From Micromonosporaceae bacterium (GTDB lineage Bacteria; Actinomycetota; Actinomycetes; Mycobacteriales; Micromonosporaceae): a DNA stretch of 64,000 bases. The number at the start of each line of letters is the position of its first letter. Within the stretch, counting starts at the first letter, position 1. The stretch spans positions 6,693-70,692 of the forward strand of contig VSBZ01000004.1 of NCBI GenBank assembly GCA_047459215.1, given 5' to 3'. Shown here piece by piece: positions 46,560-55,988 of this stretch. Below the pieces are notes generated by a model. It had not been told where the DNA came from, ran no database searches, and worked only from the letters and a program-made list of their open reading frames with translations. The translations under genes were made by a program, and so were the position numbers.

Positions 46560-47627
46560 ATGGACGCTGTTATATTTCTCGTCTCGGTGACGGTCGCGCT
46601 GCTGGCGGTCGTCGGCCTCGCCAAGTCGGTGCGGATCGTGCCGCAGGCCCGCGAGGACGTGGTGGAGCGGTTCGGGAAGTACCGCACCACGTTGAAGGCC
46701 GGGCTGCACTTCATCGTCCCGTTCGTCGACCGCGTCCGCGCCAAGGTCGACATGCGCGAGCAGGTGGTCAGCTTCCCGCCACAGCCGGTGATCACGTCGG
46801 ACAACCTGCTGGTGCAGATCGACACGGTGTTCGGGTTCCGGGTCATCAACGCCCACGACGCGACCTACCAGATCGCGAACTTCATCCAGGCGGTGGAGCA
46901 GTTCACGGTCACCACGCTGCGGAACGTCGTCGGGTCGATGGACCTGGAGCAGACGCTGACCAGCCGGGAGCTCATCAACCAGAAGCTGCAGAGCGGCCTG
47001 GACGACGTGACCGGGCGGTGGGGGATCAAGGTCACCCGGGTGGAGATCAAGGCGATCGAGCCGCCGTCGAGCATCCGGGACGCGATGGAGAAGCAGATGC
47101 GTGCCGAGCGGGACCGGCGGGCGGCCATCCTCCACGCCGAGGGTGTCAAGCAGTCCCAGATCCTCACCGCGGAGGGTGAGAAGCAGGCGGCGGTGCTGCG
47201 TGCCGACGGTGAACGGCAGGCCCGCATCCTGCAGGCCGAGGGCCAGGCCAAGGCGATCCGGACCGTGTTCGACGCGATCCACGTCGCCAACCCGGACCCG
47301 AAGGTGCTCGCCTACCAGTACCTGCAGGCGTTGCCGCAGATCGCGGCCGGCGAGTCCAACAAGGTGTGGGTGATCCCGGTGGAGGTCGTCCGGGCGCTGG
47401 AGGGCATCGGCGGTGCCCTGGGCAACCTCGCCACCGCGCCGGGCGCGACGGCGCGCGAGCGGATCCAGCCGGACGAGGCGGTGGAGGCGGTGGCCGAGGA
47501 GGCCCGCGCCGCGGCCGAACAGGCGTCGCGCGCCGCACAGGCGGTCAAGGAGGACGTGGAGGCGGCCGAGTCGACTATCGGCACCTCGCGGCGGCTGCCC
47601 GGGGGACCGTCGTCCGACGGCAGCTGA
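46560..47627 (+). CDS. SPFH/Band 7 (stomatin-like) protein
   Basis: N-terminal TM segment, then an SPFH core (IVPQAREDVVERFGKY, GIKVTRVEIKAIEPP, MRAERDRRAAILHAEG) and a coiled-coil tail. Confidence 0.93.
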   Translation: MDAVIFLVSVTVALLAVVGLAKSVRIVPQAREDVVERFGKYRTTLKAGLHFIVPFVDRVRAKVDMREQVVSFPPQPVITSDNLLVQIDTVFGFRVINAHDATYQIANFIQAVEQFTVTTLRNVVGSMDLEQTLTSRELINQKLQSGLDDVTGRWGIKVTRVEIKAIEPPSSIRDAMEKQMRAERDRRAAILHAEGVKQSQILTAEGEKQAAVLRADGERQARILQAEGQAKAIRTVFDAIHVANPDPKVLAYQYLQALPQIAAGESNKVWVIPVEVVRALEGIGGALGNLATAPGATARERIQPDEAVEAVAEEARAAAEQASRAAQAVKEDVEAAESTIGTSRRLPGGPSSDGS

Positions 47628-47777
47628 GGTACCACGTACCGGTCGGCGAGCGGGTCGGGCGGCCCGGGTCGACCGGTCCGCGCCCGTGCGCGAATCCCTG
47701 CGTAGACAGCCCGGCTCTGGCACGATCTGGTGGAAGAAGTCGGAACCGTCCGATGTCGGGGAACGCGGGGGTGGCGC

Positions 47778-48509
47778 ATGGACCAGACCACGAGCCGGGC
47801 CGAACCGGTCTCTCCGGCGGTCGCGGCCACCGCGCAGCCGGCCGCGGCGCCGCCGTCGGCGGTGGTGGTGGTCCGGCCGTCCGGGTCGACGCTCGCCCGC
47901 CACGCGATGTGGACACTGCCGGCGTACGCGCTGGGCCGCATGTGGCTGTCGCTGGTCGCCGAGCCCGACCCCGCCGGCGACCCGCAGGCGTGGGCGGCCC
48001 GGGTGACCGGCGACGCGTACCAGCGGGCGCAGCTGCTGGTGGGACTCGCCGGCGAGCTGCTCGTGCTGGTGGCGGTGGTGGCACTGGCCGCGCTGGTGAG
48101 CGGTCGGGGGCGGGTGCTCGCCTCCGCCGGCCTGCTGGCCGGGCTCGCGGCCGCGGTGCTCGCGCTGCCGCGCTGGACCGCGACCGGCGTCGTGGCACCG
48201 GTGCTGGGCGAGGCGGTCTCCGGCCGCGAGCTGGACGCGGCGGAGTGGTACGGGGAGATCCTGGCCCGGACCGACCCGGCAGCGGCCGTGGCCGGCGGCC
48301 TGCTCGGCCTCGCCTTCGTGCTGCTCGGGACCGCGGGATGGCGGTCACGGGCGCTCGGTCGCGCCGAGGGCCTGCTGCTGGTGGTGGCCGGGCCGTTGCT
48401 GGCCGCGGCCGCGTGGTACGAGCCGATGCTCACCCCGCTGGGCGCCCTGCCGCTGCTGGCCGCCGGACTGGCGATCGCCTGGAGCGCCGGCCGGCCGCGC
48501 TGGCCCTGA
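47778..48509 (+). CDS. Hypothetical membrane protein
   Basis: ATG 47778. About 5 predicted hydrophobic helices (LLVGLAGELLVLVAVVALAALV and others). No recognisable family. Confidence 0.5.
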   Translation: MDQTTSRAEPVSPAVAATAQPAAAPPSAVVVVRPSGSTLARHAMWTLPAYALGRMWLSLVAEPDPAGDPQAWAARVTGDAYQRAQLLVGLAGELLVLVAVVALAALVSGRGRVLASAGLLAGLAAAVLALPRWTATGVVAPVLGEAVSGRELDAAEWYGEILARTDPAAAVAGGLLGLAFVLLGTAGWRSRALGRAEGLLLVVAGPLLAAAAWYEPMLTPLGALPLLAAGLAIAWSAGRPRWP

Positions 48510-48689
48510 CCGGCGGAGCCTCGCCGCGACGGCCGCGTCCGGCCGGGCCGGTCGGTGGGCGACAACCGCCACCGGGCCCGTCGCCGCGTCCCGCGCGACG
48601 GTAGCCGGCGTGGCGACCGCGTCCGGGGCGGGGCGGCCACCTGCGACGGTCCCGTTCCGGCGGTCCGGTACGACGGCACAATCGTCGGT

Positions 48690-49517
48690 GTGCCGGAGCT
48701 GATCACCGACCCGGGCGACGAGCGGATCGCCGACTACCGCGCGCTGACCGACGTCGAGCTGCGGACCCGGTGGGAGCCGCCGCACGGCCTGTTCATCGCC
48801 GAGGGTGAGCTGGTGCTGCGCCGCGCCCTGGACGCCGGGTACCAGCCCCGGTCCTACCTGCTCGACGTCGCCCGGGCCGACCAGCTCGCGGACCTGCCCG
48901 GCGCTCCCGTCTACGTCGCCTCCCAGGAGGTGCTGCAGCTCATCACCGGCTTCCGGGTGCACCGCGGCGTGCTCGCCTCCTTCCACCGCCGCCCCGTGCC
49001 CCCGCCCGAGCAGGTGCTCGCCGGCGCCCGTCGGGTGGTGGTGTGCGAGGACGTCAACAACCACACCAACCTCGGAGTGATCTTCCGGGCCGCGGCCGGG
49101 CTGGGGATGGACGGTGTGCTCCTGTCGCCCTCGTGCACCGACCCGCTGTACCGGCGGGCCGTGCGGGTCAGCATGGGGGAGGTCTTCAAGGTGCCGCACG
49201 CCCGCCTGCCGACCTGGCCGGACGGCCTGCGGTTGGTCCGCGAGGCGGGTTTCCACCTGCTGGCGCTCACCCCCGCCGCCGACGCCACGCCGATCCAGCG
49301 GGTCCCCGCCGAGTACCGTGCCCGGCCGGCGCTGCTGTTCGGCTCCGAGGGCAGCGGCCTGTCCGACGCCGCGGTGGCCGCGGCGGACCTGCGGGTGGTC
49401 ATACCGATGCGCCGCGGGGTCGACTCGCTCAACGTCGGGGCCGCCGCCGCGGTGGCGTTCTGGGAGCTGTGCCGCGACGAGCCGCCCGAGCCGCCTCCGC
49501 CCGCGGCCGGGAGCTAG
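48690..49517 (+). CDS. TrmH/SpoU family RNA methyltransferase
   Basis: GTG 48690. SPOUT motifs NHTNLGVIFRAAAG, LLFGSEGSGLS and IPMRRGVDSLNVGAAAAVA. Confidence 0.85.
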   Translation: MPELITDPGDERIADYRALTDVELRTRWEPPHGLFIAEGELVLRRALDAGYQPRSYLLDVARADQLADLPGAPVYVASQEVLQLITGFRVHRGVLASFHRRPVPPPEQVLAGARRVVVCEDVNNHTNLGVIFRAAAGLGMDGVLLSPSCTDPLYRRAVRVSMGEVFKVPHARLPTWPDGLRLVREAGFHLLALTPAADATPIQRVPAEYRARPALLFGSEGSGLSDAAVAAADLRVVIPMRRGVDSLNVGAAAAVAFWELCRDEPPEPPPPAAGS

Positions 49518-50311
49518 CCACCGGTGCCGGCCCGGCGCGCCTCGATCCCGTCGAGCAGGAGCTCGACCGCGGCGGTGTAGGCCTCGTCGGCCTGGGCGAC
49601 GACGAAGCCCTCCGGGTCACCGTCGCCGCGGTCGCCCGCCTGCGCCAGCCAGGTGCTGTGGGGGAAGCGCTGCGCGAAGTCCGGTGCCACCCGGTGCAGC
49701 TGGGGTGCCCGCGCCCGCCACCACAGCGCCGACGGGACGCCGGTGGCGCGGGCCGCGGCCCGCGCGTCGACCCTGGTCTGGGCCGCGCCCCGGACCAGGT
49801 GCAGGAGGGCGCTGACGGCACGGCGGACCTCCGGGGCGTCCAGGCCGGTGTGCCGCAGGATCCCCACCAGGGTCTCCAGCATCGCCTGCTCGTGTGGACC
49901 GAGCACCGGTCGCGCGTACGAGATCTGCAGGGTCCAGGGATGGCGGAGGAAGAACTCGCCGACGTCGCGCGCCCAGGCCCGGGCGGCCGCTCGCCATCCG
50001 TCGGTCACCGGGTAGCTGGTGGGCAGCTCGGCGTGCACCCGGTCGTACATGAGGTCGAGCAGCTCGTCCTTGCCGGGAACGTACGTGTAGAGGGCCATGG
50101 CGGTGCAACCCAGCCGCTGTCCCACCGCCTTCATGGACAGTCCCTCCAGGCCGTCGCGGTCGGCGACCTCGATGGCCGCCTCGACGACCGCGTCACGGCT
50201 GAGCGCCGGTCGGCGGCCCGGCGTCGGGCGGTCCGACCGCTCCGGCTCGTCCCGCCGCCACAGGGCCGTGAGCGTCCACTCCGGATCGCCCCGGCCAGCG
50301 AAAACCGGCAC
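49514..50311 (-). CDS. TetR family transcriptional regulator
   Basis: GTG 50311 with AGGAG 6 nt upstream. HTH LSMKAVGQRLGCTAMALYTYVPGKDELL. The 3' end overlaps the trmH stop by 4 nt (convergent). Confidence 0.88.
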   Translation of the reverse strand: MPVFAGRGDPEWTLTALWRRDEPERSDRPTPGRRPALSRDAVVEAAIEVADRDGLEGLSMKAVGQRLGCTAMALYTYVPGKDELLDLMYDRVHAELPTSYPVTDGWRAAARAWARDVGEFFLRHPWTLQISYARPVLGPHEQAMLETLVGILRHTGLDAPEVRRAVSALLHLVRGAAQTRVDARAAARATGVPSALWWRARAPQLHRVAPDFAQRFPHSTWLAQAGDRGDGDPEGFVVAQADEAYTAAVELLLDGIEARRAGTGG

Positions 50312-50322
50312 CGACCAACTCC

Positions 50323-50367
50323 TTATCGCGTAAGCCAACCTTTCCCCCGAAATAGTTTATGCGATAA
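50323..50367. promoter_or_regulatory. Inverted 11-mers in the TetR / hydrolase divergent region (candidate TetR operator)
   Basis: TTATCGCGTAA (50323-50333) and TTATGCGATAA (50357-50367). The reverse complement of the second matches the first at 10/11 positions. Both are AT-rich, and each abuts one of the two ribosome-binding sites. Confidence 0.4.
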
Positions 50368-50377
50368 AGGAGGACTC

Positions 50378-51220
50378 GTGGTTGAGGTCGAACTGCCGGG
50401 CGGGCCGCCCATCGAGGTGGAGGTGTCGGGCACCGGTCCCGCCGTGATGCTGCTGGTCGACCCGAGGCCGGTCACCGGCGACCGTGCCGAGGAGCTGCGC
50501 CGGTGGGGCGTCGACCCGGCGCTGGGCCGGAACCTGACCGACGCGCTCCGGGACGGGTTCCGGGTCGTCGCGGTCCCGTACGAGGCGTACGCGCTCGCCA
50601 ACCCCCGGCCGGACACGCTGACGCCCGACGCCGTGGCGGCCGACCTGCTCGCGGTCGCCGACGCGGTGGGCGTGGACCGGTTCGCCTGCTACGGGTACTC
50701 GTGGCTGGCCGTGGCGGCCATGCAGCTCGCCCTGCGCACCGACCGGGTGACGGCGCTCGCCATGGGCGGCTTCCCGCCGCTGGACGGTCCGTACCGCGCG
50801 ATGCTGACCGTCACCACCGCGACCCACGAGATGGCGCTCGGCACCCGGCCCCGGCGGGCGGCGGAGGCGGAGACCGAGTGGGACAGCGCCGAGATGACCC
50901 TCAGCCCCGCGCAGACCGGCCAGTTCGTCACCCTCTACCGGGCCCTGGAGAGCTTCGACGACGACGCCGCGCTCACCCGCCTGACCTGCCCGCGACTGTG
51001 CTTCGCCGGGTCGGCCGACCGCATCGTCTACGGCCCGCGGTGGGGCGACGCGGTCGTGGACATCGCCGGCCCCCTGCAGCGCCACCGGGAGCGGCTGCGG
51101 GCGGCGGGCTGGACGGTGCGCCTGCTCGACGGGCTCGACCACACCCAGGCGATGCAGCCGCCGCAGGTGCTGCCGGTCCTCGGCCCGTGGCTGCGCGAGG
51201 TGCTGGGGTCGACCCGCTGA
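50378..51220 (+). CDS. Alpha/beta hydrolase fold protein
   Basis: GTG 50378 preceded by AAGGAGGA. About 280 aa with a nucleophile-elbow-like CYGYSWLA and a late His (LDGLDHTQ). The family call is by overall pattern only. Confidence 0.6.
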   Translation: MVEVELPGGPPIEVEVSGTGPAVMLLVDPRPVTGDRAEELRRWGVDPALGRNLTDALRDGFRVVAVPYEAYALANPRPDTLTPDAVAADLLAVADAVGVDRFACYGYSWLAVAAMQLALRTDRVTALAMGGFPPLDGPYRAMLTVTTATHEMALGTRPRRAAEAETEWDSAEMTLSPAQTGQFVTLYRALESFDDDAALTRLTCPRLCFAGSADRIVYGPRWGDAVVDIAGPLQRHRERLRAAGWTVRLLDGLDHTQAMQPPQVLPVLGPWLREVLGSTR

Positions 51221-51223
51221 GGC

Positions 51224-52999
51224 TCAGTCCACGGTGAGGCAGTCGAGCGCGGGGTCCGGCGGGACCGGCGGCGGCTGGTAGCCCGACCCCGCCGGCAGGG
51301 GCCGGCGGACGGGGCCGGCGTGCAGGTCGACCAGGATCCACCCACCGGACGCGCGGCCGTAGTCGTGCATCGCGGCGACCCGGCCGCGGTCCATGAACGC
51401 CCGGGCCACCCGGACCTGGTAGTCGCCGGGGTGGCGCGACCACCGGGCGCCGTACACGTACCAGACCCGCCGTGCCCCGGCCAGCACCTCCTCCAGCCGC
51501 TCCGGCCGGCACTCGGGCGACTCTCCGGGTACCAACCGGAGCAGGCCCGCGGCGGTCACCCCCGTGCGCGGGCCGTACCAGCGGATCGTCTTGTGGGAGA
51601 AGTGGTACGCCACGACCACGTCGCCCGGCTGGAGACGCCGGGCGACCGTCCACAGCGCCTCGCGCCCGAAGTCCCGCACCCGTGGGTGCGTCACCTCGGC
51701 CAGCCCGTCGCCAAGCGGTGGGCCGGCGGCCGCGGTCAGCGCCAGGGCGACCGCCGCGGCCGTCGGGACGGCCGCGTGGCGTAGCCGGCATCGCCGGGCC
51801 AGGTGCGCGCAGGCGCGGGCGAGCCCGGCCAGCCCGGCGACGGCCAGCAGCAGGATGACCGGTACCAGGTACAGGGCGACCCGGTCGGCCATGGGCAGGC
51901 CGTGGAGCGCGGCGGCGCCGGTGGCCGCGGCCAGCACGCCGCCGAGGATGGCGGCCCACAGCCGGCGGCCGCCGGTGGTGAGCGCCACCAGGCCGGCGGC
52001 GACCAGCAGCAGGGTCCACCACGGGTGGTTCCAGCCGAGCGGGTTGGCGACCAGGCCCGACCACATCTCCGGCAGCCACCGCAGCACTCCCCGCGGGCCG
52101 CCACCGGGTGCCGGGAAGCCGGTGGGGAAGAACCGCTCCTGCTCCGGATGCAGGGGAAGCGAGCGCCGGTGCCAGGCCAGCCGTGCGCCCAGCAGGCCGG
52201 CCGGGGCCATCGCCGCCGCGACGGCGAGCGCGGTCCGCCAGCGGCGCTGGAGCGCCAGGTGGGTCACGGCCCCGACGACCACGCCCGCCAGCACCACCAG
52301 GGCGCTGTAGCTGAGCAGCACCGCCGCGACCGCGACGGCCGCCGCGGCGGGCACCGGCCACCACGCTCTCCGCCGGTGGCGGCGCGCCAGCGCGGCGCCG
52401 GTCACCACCAGTGCCATCCCGGCCGCGGTCTCCACCGAGTACTGCTTGAGCTCGCCCGCGTAGTAGAGGACCGCGGGGGTCGCGCCGACCAGCCCCACCG
52501 CCGCGACCGCGGCCCACCTGCCGACGGCCCGGCCGGCCACCACCGCCACCAGGGCGAGCGTCAGCAGTCCCGCGACCAGGCTGGGCAGCCGCAGCAGGCG
52601 CTCGTCGTCGCCCAGGCCCAGCAGGATCGCCTTGCCGGTCGCCAGCCATCCCACCGGCGCGACCTGGTAGTAGAGCAGTCGCCCCGCCAGCTCGGTGAAC
52701 GCCCGCTCCTGCAGGTTGATCGAGATCGCCAGCTCGTCGCCCCACAGCCCGCGACCCGTGGCCCACACCCGCACCTGGCCGGTCGCGGCCAGCGCGAGGA
52801 CCGCCGCCAGCGCCACCCGGGAGGCCCGTGCCCCCGCCCGGTGCCGGGGTGTCCCGTGCGGCAGGTCGCCGGGACGGCGAGCGGTGCCGGGGCGGGCGCG
52901 GCGACGGAGGCGGGGACGGCTGCGTAGGGCGGTGCCACGGCCCTCCGGACCGGCAGCCGGCCCGGACCCGGCCGGGTCGCGAACGGCCGGGCCGGTCAC
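51224..52999 (-). CDS. GT-C fold glycosyltransferase (family 39 / ArnT-PMT-like) membrane protein
   Basis: 591 aa with more than 10 hydrophobic helices. The first-loop acidic motif LWGDELA is typical of GT-C enzymes, and there is a soluble C-terminal domain. The start is uncertain because the N-terminal 60 aa are Arg/Pro-rich. Confidence 0.62.
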   Translation of the reverse strand: MTGPAVRDPAGSGPAAGPEGRGTALRSRPRLRRRARPGTARRPGDLPHGTPRHRAGARASRVALAAVLALAATGQVRVWATGRGLWGDELAISINLQERAFTELAGRLLYYQVAPVGWLATGKAILLGLGDDERLLRLPSLVAGLLTLALVAVVAGRAVGRWAAVAAVGLVGATPAVLYYAGELKQYSVETAAGMALVVTGAALARRHRRRAWWPVPAAAAVAVAAVLLSYSALVVLAGVVVGAVTHLALQRRWRTALAVAAAMAPAGLLGARLAWHRRSLPLHPEQERFFPTGFPAPGGGPRGVLRWLPEMWSGLVANPLGWNHPWWTLLLVAAGLVALTTGGRRLWAAILGGVLAAATGAAALHGLPMADRVALYLVPVILLLAVAGLAGLARACAHLARRCRLRHAAVPTAAAVALALTAAAGPPLGDGLAEVTHPRVRDFGREALWTVARRLQPGDVVVAYHFSHKTIRWYGPRTGVTAAGLLRLVPGESPECRPERLEEVLAGARRVWYVYGARWSRHPGDYQVRVARAFMDRGRVAAMHDYGRASGGWILVDLHAGPVRRPLPAGSGYQPPPVPPDPALDCLTVD

Positions 53000-53286
53000 C
53001 CGGCGCTCCCTTCCCGTCGGGACCCGGCACGGGAACCGCGCCCTCCGGCACCATCGGCGAGCAGGCCCGCTCCCGCCGGCGGTCCGCCTGCCGGCGAATC
53101 GTCCCCGGCCGGCCCTCCGCCCGCCGGCGAGCCCGCCCAGATCGGCCGTCCGCCGGCGCGCGGGTCGGCCCCGTCCGGTCGCCCGTCGGCCGGGGACGTC
53201 GCCCCGGTCGGCCGCCTGCCCGCCAGCGGAGCCGGCCAGGTCCGACGCTGCTGCACGTCACCCGCCTCTGTTCGGTACGACCGTTA

Positions 53287-53309
53287 TCTGACATCTGCAT
53301 GATGTCAGA
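53287..53309. promoter_or_regulatory. AT-rich 9-5-9 inverted repeat upstream of the polymerase-like gene
   Basis: TCTGACATC (53287-53295) and GATGTCAGA (53301-53309), located in the only AT-rich patch (about 53281-53335) of the GT39 / polymerase divergent intergenic region. Confidence 0.35.
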
Positions 53310-53395
53310 GGCATATGCGGCTTTTCTGCGTATCCGGCGATCGCTCCCGCGTCCGGCGACGCACCCCCGTCACCGCCGGTGGGCAGAATCGACGC

Positions 53396-55075
53396 GTGCT
53401 CACCGCGGTGGTGCCCGACGGTGCCGGCGGCGGATGGCTGTGCGACCTCGACGAGCGCGGCACCCCTGCCGCCGGCGGCCCGCGGCGGGTGCCCGACCTG
53501 GCCGCGGCGGTGCGCGAGCGCGAGGCGACGGCCGCGCCCCGCTGGCTGTGGACGTCCACCGCCGCCGTCTACCCGAGGTTGCTGGCCGACGGCGTCCGTG
53601 TCGGCCGGTGCCACGACCTGGAGCTCACCGAGGCGCTGCTGCTGGCCTCCGCCGGCAGGTGGGGCGAGCCCAGGTCGCTGGCGGCGGTGCTGGCCCGCCG
53701 GGCGGGCGCGCCGGCGCCGCCGGACCCGCCGCCGGCGCCGCCCCGCCCGCCCGGCGATCCGCAACAGCGGCTGTTCGACGTGGTCCCGGAGGTGTCCGCC
53801 CGTACCGCGACCGACCTGGTCACCGCGTACGCCGACCAGTGCCAGCGGATCGCCGCCACCGCCGCGCCGGAGCGGTTCCGGCTGCTGGTCGCGGCCGAGT
53901 CCGCCGGCGCGCTGGCGGCCGCGGAGATGAGCCACGACGGCCTGCCGTGGCGTGCCGACGTGCACGACCGGGTGCTCACCGAGCTGCTGGGCCCGCGGCC
54001 CCCGGCCGGGGCCGCGCCCCGCCGCCTGGCCGAGCTCGCCGTCGCGATCGCGGAGGCGCTGCAGGCCCCCGGCCTGCACCCGGAGTCACCGGCCGAGCTG
54101 CGCCGGGCGTTCGCCCGGGTGGGGATCCCGCTGCGGGACACCCGGGCGTGGTCGCTACGGGAGGTGGACCATCCGGCGGTGCCGCTGGTCCTGCGGTACA
54201 AGGAGCTCTACCGCCTGTGGACCGCGCACGGCTGGTCGTGGTGCGACACCTGGGTACGCGACGGTCGGTTCCGGCCCGAGTACGTCCCGTACGGCGTGGT
54301 CTCCGGCCGGTGGGCGACCCGCGGCGGCGGGGCCCTGCAGATCCCGAAGGTCATCCGGCGGGCGGTGGTCGCCGACGACGGGTGGCGGCTGGTCGTCGCC
54401 GACGCGGGCCAGTTGGAGCCGCGGGTGCTCGCCGCGGTGTCCGGCGACCCCGGGCTGGCGGCCGCGGCCGGTACCGGTGACCTGTACGCCGCCCTCGCCG
54501 AGGAGTCGTTCGACGGCGACCGGGCGCGGGCCAAGCTGGCGCTGCTGGGCGCCATGTACGGCCAGACCGGAGGGTCGGCGCTGCCGGCCATCGCGGTCCT
54601 GCGGCGGCGGTACCCGGCCGCGTGGCGGTTCGTGGAGGAGGCGGCGCGGGTGGGCGAGTCGGGCGGGCTGGTGCGGTCGTGGCTGGGCCGTACCTGCCCG
54701 CCGGCCACGACGACCTGGCAGGACCCGGAGTCCGGTGAGCCCGGCGAACGGTCGTGGACCGATCCGGCGTCGCGCCCGGACGCGGCCGCGCGTTCCCGGG
54801 GACGGTTCACACGCAACTTCGTCATCCAGGCCACGGCGGCCGAGTGGGCGCTGACGCTGCTGGCGCTGCTGCGCACCGCGCTGGCCGGGCGCGCGGCCCA
54901 CCTGGTGTTCTTCCAGCACGACGAGGTGCTGGTCCACTGTCCGGTCGAGGAGGCCGACGCGGTCGTCGCGGCCGTGCACGAGGCGGCGACCGAAGCCGGC
55001 CGGATGTTGTTCGGCCCCGGCCCGGTCCGGTTCCCCCTCGACGTCGCCGTCGTGACCTGCTACGCCGACGCCTGA
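53396..55075 (+). CDS. Family A DNA polymerase paralogue (annotated in actinobacteria as bifunctional 3'-5' exonuclease/DNA polymerase)
   Basis: GTG 53396. Pol I motif A (VVADAGQLEPRVLA), motif B (RARAKLALLGAMYGQTGG) and motif C (FFQHDEVLV). About 560 aa, so far shorter than PolA. I could not see DEDD exonuclease motifs in the N-terminal domain. Confidence 0.82.
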   Translation: MLTAVVPDGAGGGWLCDLDERGTPAAGGPRRVPDLAAAVREREATAAPRWLWTSTAAVYPRLLADGVRVGRCHDLELTEALLLASAGRWGEPRSLAAVLARRAGAPAPPDPPPAPPRPPGDPQQRLFDVVPEVSARTATDLVTAYADQCQRIAATAAPERFRLLVAAESAGALAAAEMSHDGLPWRADVHDRVLTELLGPRPPAGAAPRRLAELAVAIAEALQAPGLHPESPAELRRAFARVGIPLRDTRAWSLREVDHPAVPLVLRYKELYRLWTAHGWSWCDTWVRDGRFRPEYVPYGVVSGRWATRGGGALQIPKVIRRAVVADDGWRLVVADAGQLEPRVLAAVSGDPGLAAAAGTGDLYAALAEESFDGDRARAKLALLGAMYGQTGGSALPAIAVLRRRYPAAWRFVEEAARVGESGGLVRSWLGRTCPPATTTWQDPESGEPGERSWTDPASRPDAAARSRGRFTRNFVIQATAAEWALTLLALLRTALAGRAAHLVFFQHDEVLVHCPVEEADAVVAAVHEAATEAGRMLFGPGPVRFPLDVAVVTCYADA

Positions 55076-55336
55076 GGCGGCCCGGCGGGGGATCGCGCCC
55101 CGGCGGGCCGGCGCGCGGCGGCGTGGCGCAGGGCGCCCACCTCGGGACGGGCCGACCGGGCGGGTCGGGGTCGGTCGGACGGGGTCGGTCGGGTCGGGCC
55201 GGCCGGGGACCGGCGTCAGGCCCGGCCAGACGGGACGGACAGGACAGACGGGACGCGTGGTCGACACGGTCGGCGACACCCCGGTGGCGCACCACCGGGG
55301 TGGCGACGGTTGCTACTAGGCTGCCGGCAGGCACGG

Positions 55337-55945
55337 TTGTGGAGGTGCACGCTGGGCGTCGCTGGACTCGTCCTCGCCGCAGGCAGCGGGCGGCGCCTCG
55401 GCACGCCCAAGGCGCTGCTGCGCTACCACGACGTGCCGCTCGTCGAGCGGGCCGCGTGGACGCTGCACGACGCCGGCTGCGCCCCGGTCGTGGTGGTGCT
55501 CGGCGCCGCGGCCGAGCGGATCACCTCCGAGACCGACCTGTCCAAGGTGACCGTGGTGGTCAACCGGGCGTGGAGCACCGGGGTGGGTTCGTCCCTGAAG
55601 GCCGGCCTGCGGTCGGTGGAGGAGACCGACGCGGAGGCCGTCGTGGTGATCCCGGTGGACATGCCCGGCATCACCGCGGAGGCGGTGCGGCGGGTGGCGG
55701 AGCTGCCGCACCGGGACGCGCTGGTCTGCGCCACCTACGAGGGCCGCCGCGGCGAGCCGGTGCTGCTGGGCCGGAACCACTGGGCCGGGGTGACGATGCT
55801 GGCCACCGGCGACGTGGGGCTGCGCCCGTACCTGCTGGCCCGCTCCGCCCAGGTGACGACGGTCTCCTGTGACGGCGTCGCCACCTGCGACGACGTCGAC
55901 ACGGTCGAGGACGCCACCCGGTTGGGTATCGAGATCCCGGCCTGA
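55337..55945 (+). CDS. MobA-like NTP transferase family protein (MocA/molybdenum cofactor cytidylyltransferase-like)
   Basis: GLVLAAGSGRRLGTPKALL and VVIPVDMPGI motifs. Start is uncertain (TTG 55337 or TTG 55310). Confidence 0.72.
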   Translation: MWRCTLGVAGLVLAAGSGRRLGTPKALLRYHDVPLVERAAWTLHDAGCAPVVVVLGAAAERITSETDLSKVTVVVNRAWSTGVGSSLKAGLRSVEETDAEAVVVIPVDMPGITAEAVRRVAELPHRDALVCATYEGRRGEPVLLGRNHWAGVTMLATGDVGLRPYLLARSAQVTTVSCDGVATCDDVDTVEDATRLGIEIPA

Positions 55946-55988
55946 CCCACCGGTACGATCCGCCAGTCCTCCCCAGCCGGTCACAGGT

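Noticed and set aside
53296-53330. Possible mycobacterial LexA-independent DNA-damage promoter (RecA-NDp/PafBC motif, tTGTCRgtg-N8-TAnnnT) upstream of the polymerase paralogue.
   Set aside because: Only ATGTCAGAG resembles the upstream element, and no TAnnnT hexamer lies at the required 8-nt spacing. I also saw no actinobacterial LexA box (TCGAAC-N4-GTTCGA).
50973-54480. Long ORFs of 775 aa (50973..53300, minus strand) and 550 aa (52828..54480, plus strand) spanning the GT39 and polymerase genes.
   Set aside because: They are extremely rich in Arg/Pro/Gly/Ala, cross real gene boundaries and intergenic DNA, and show no domain signatures.
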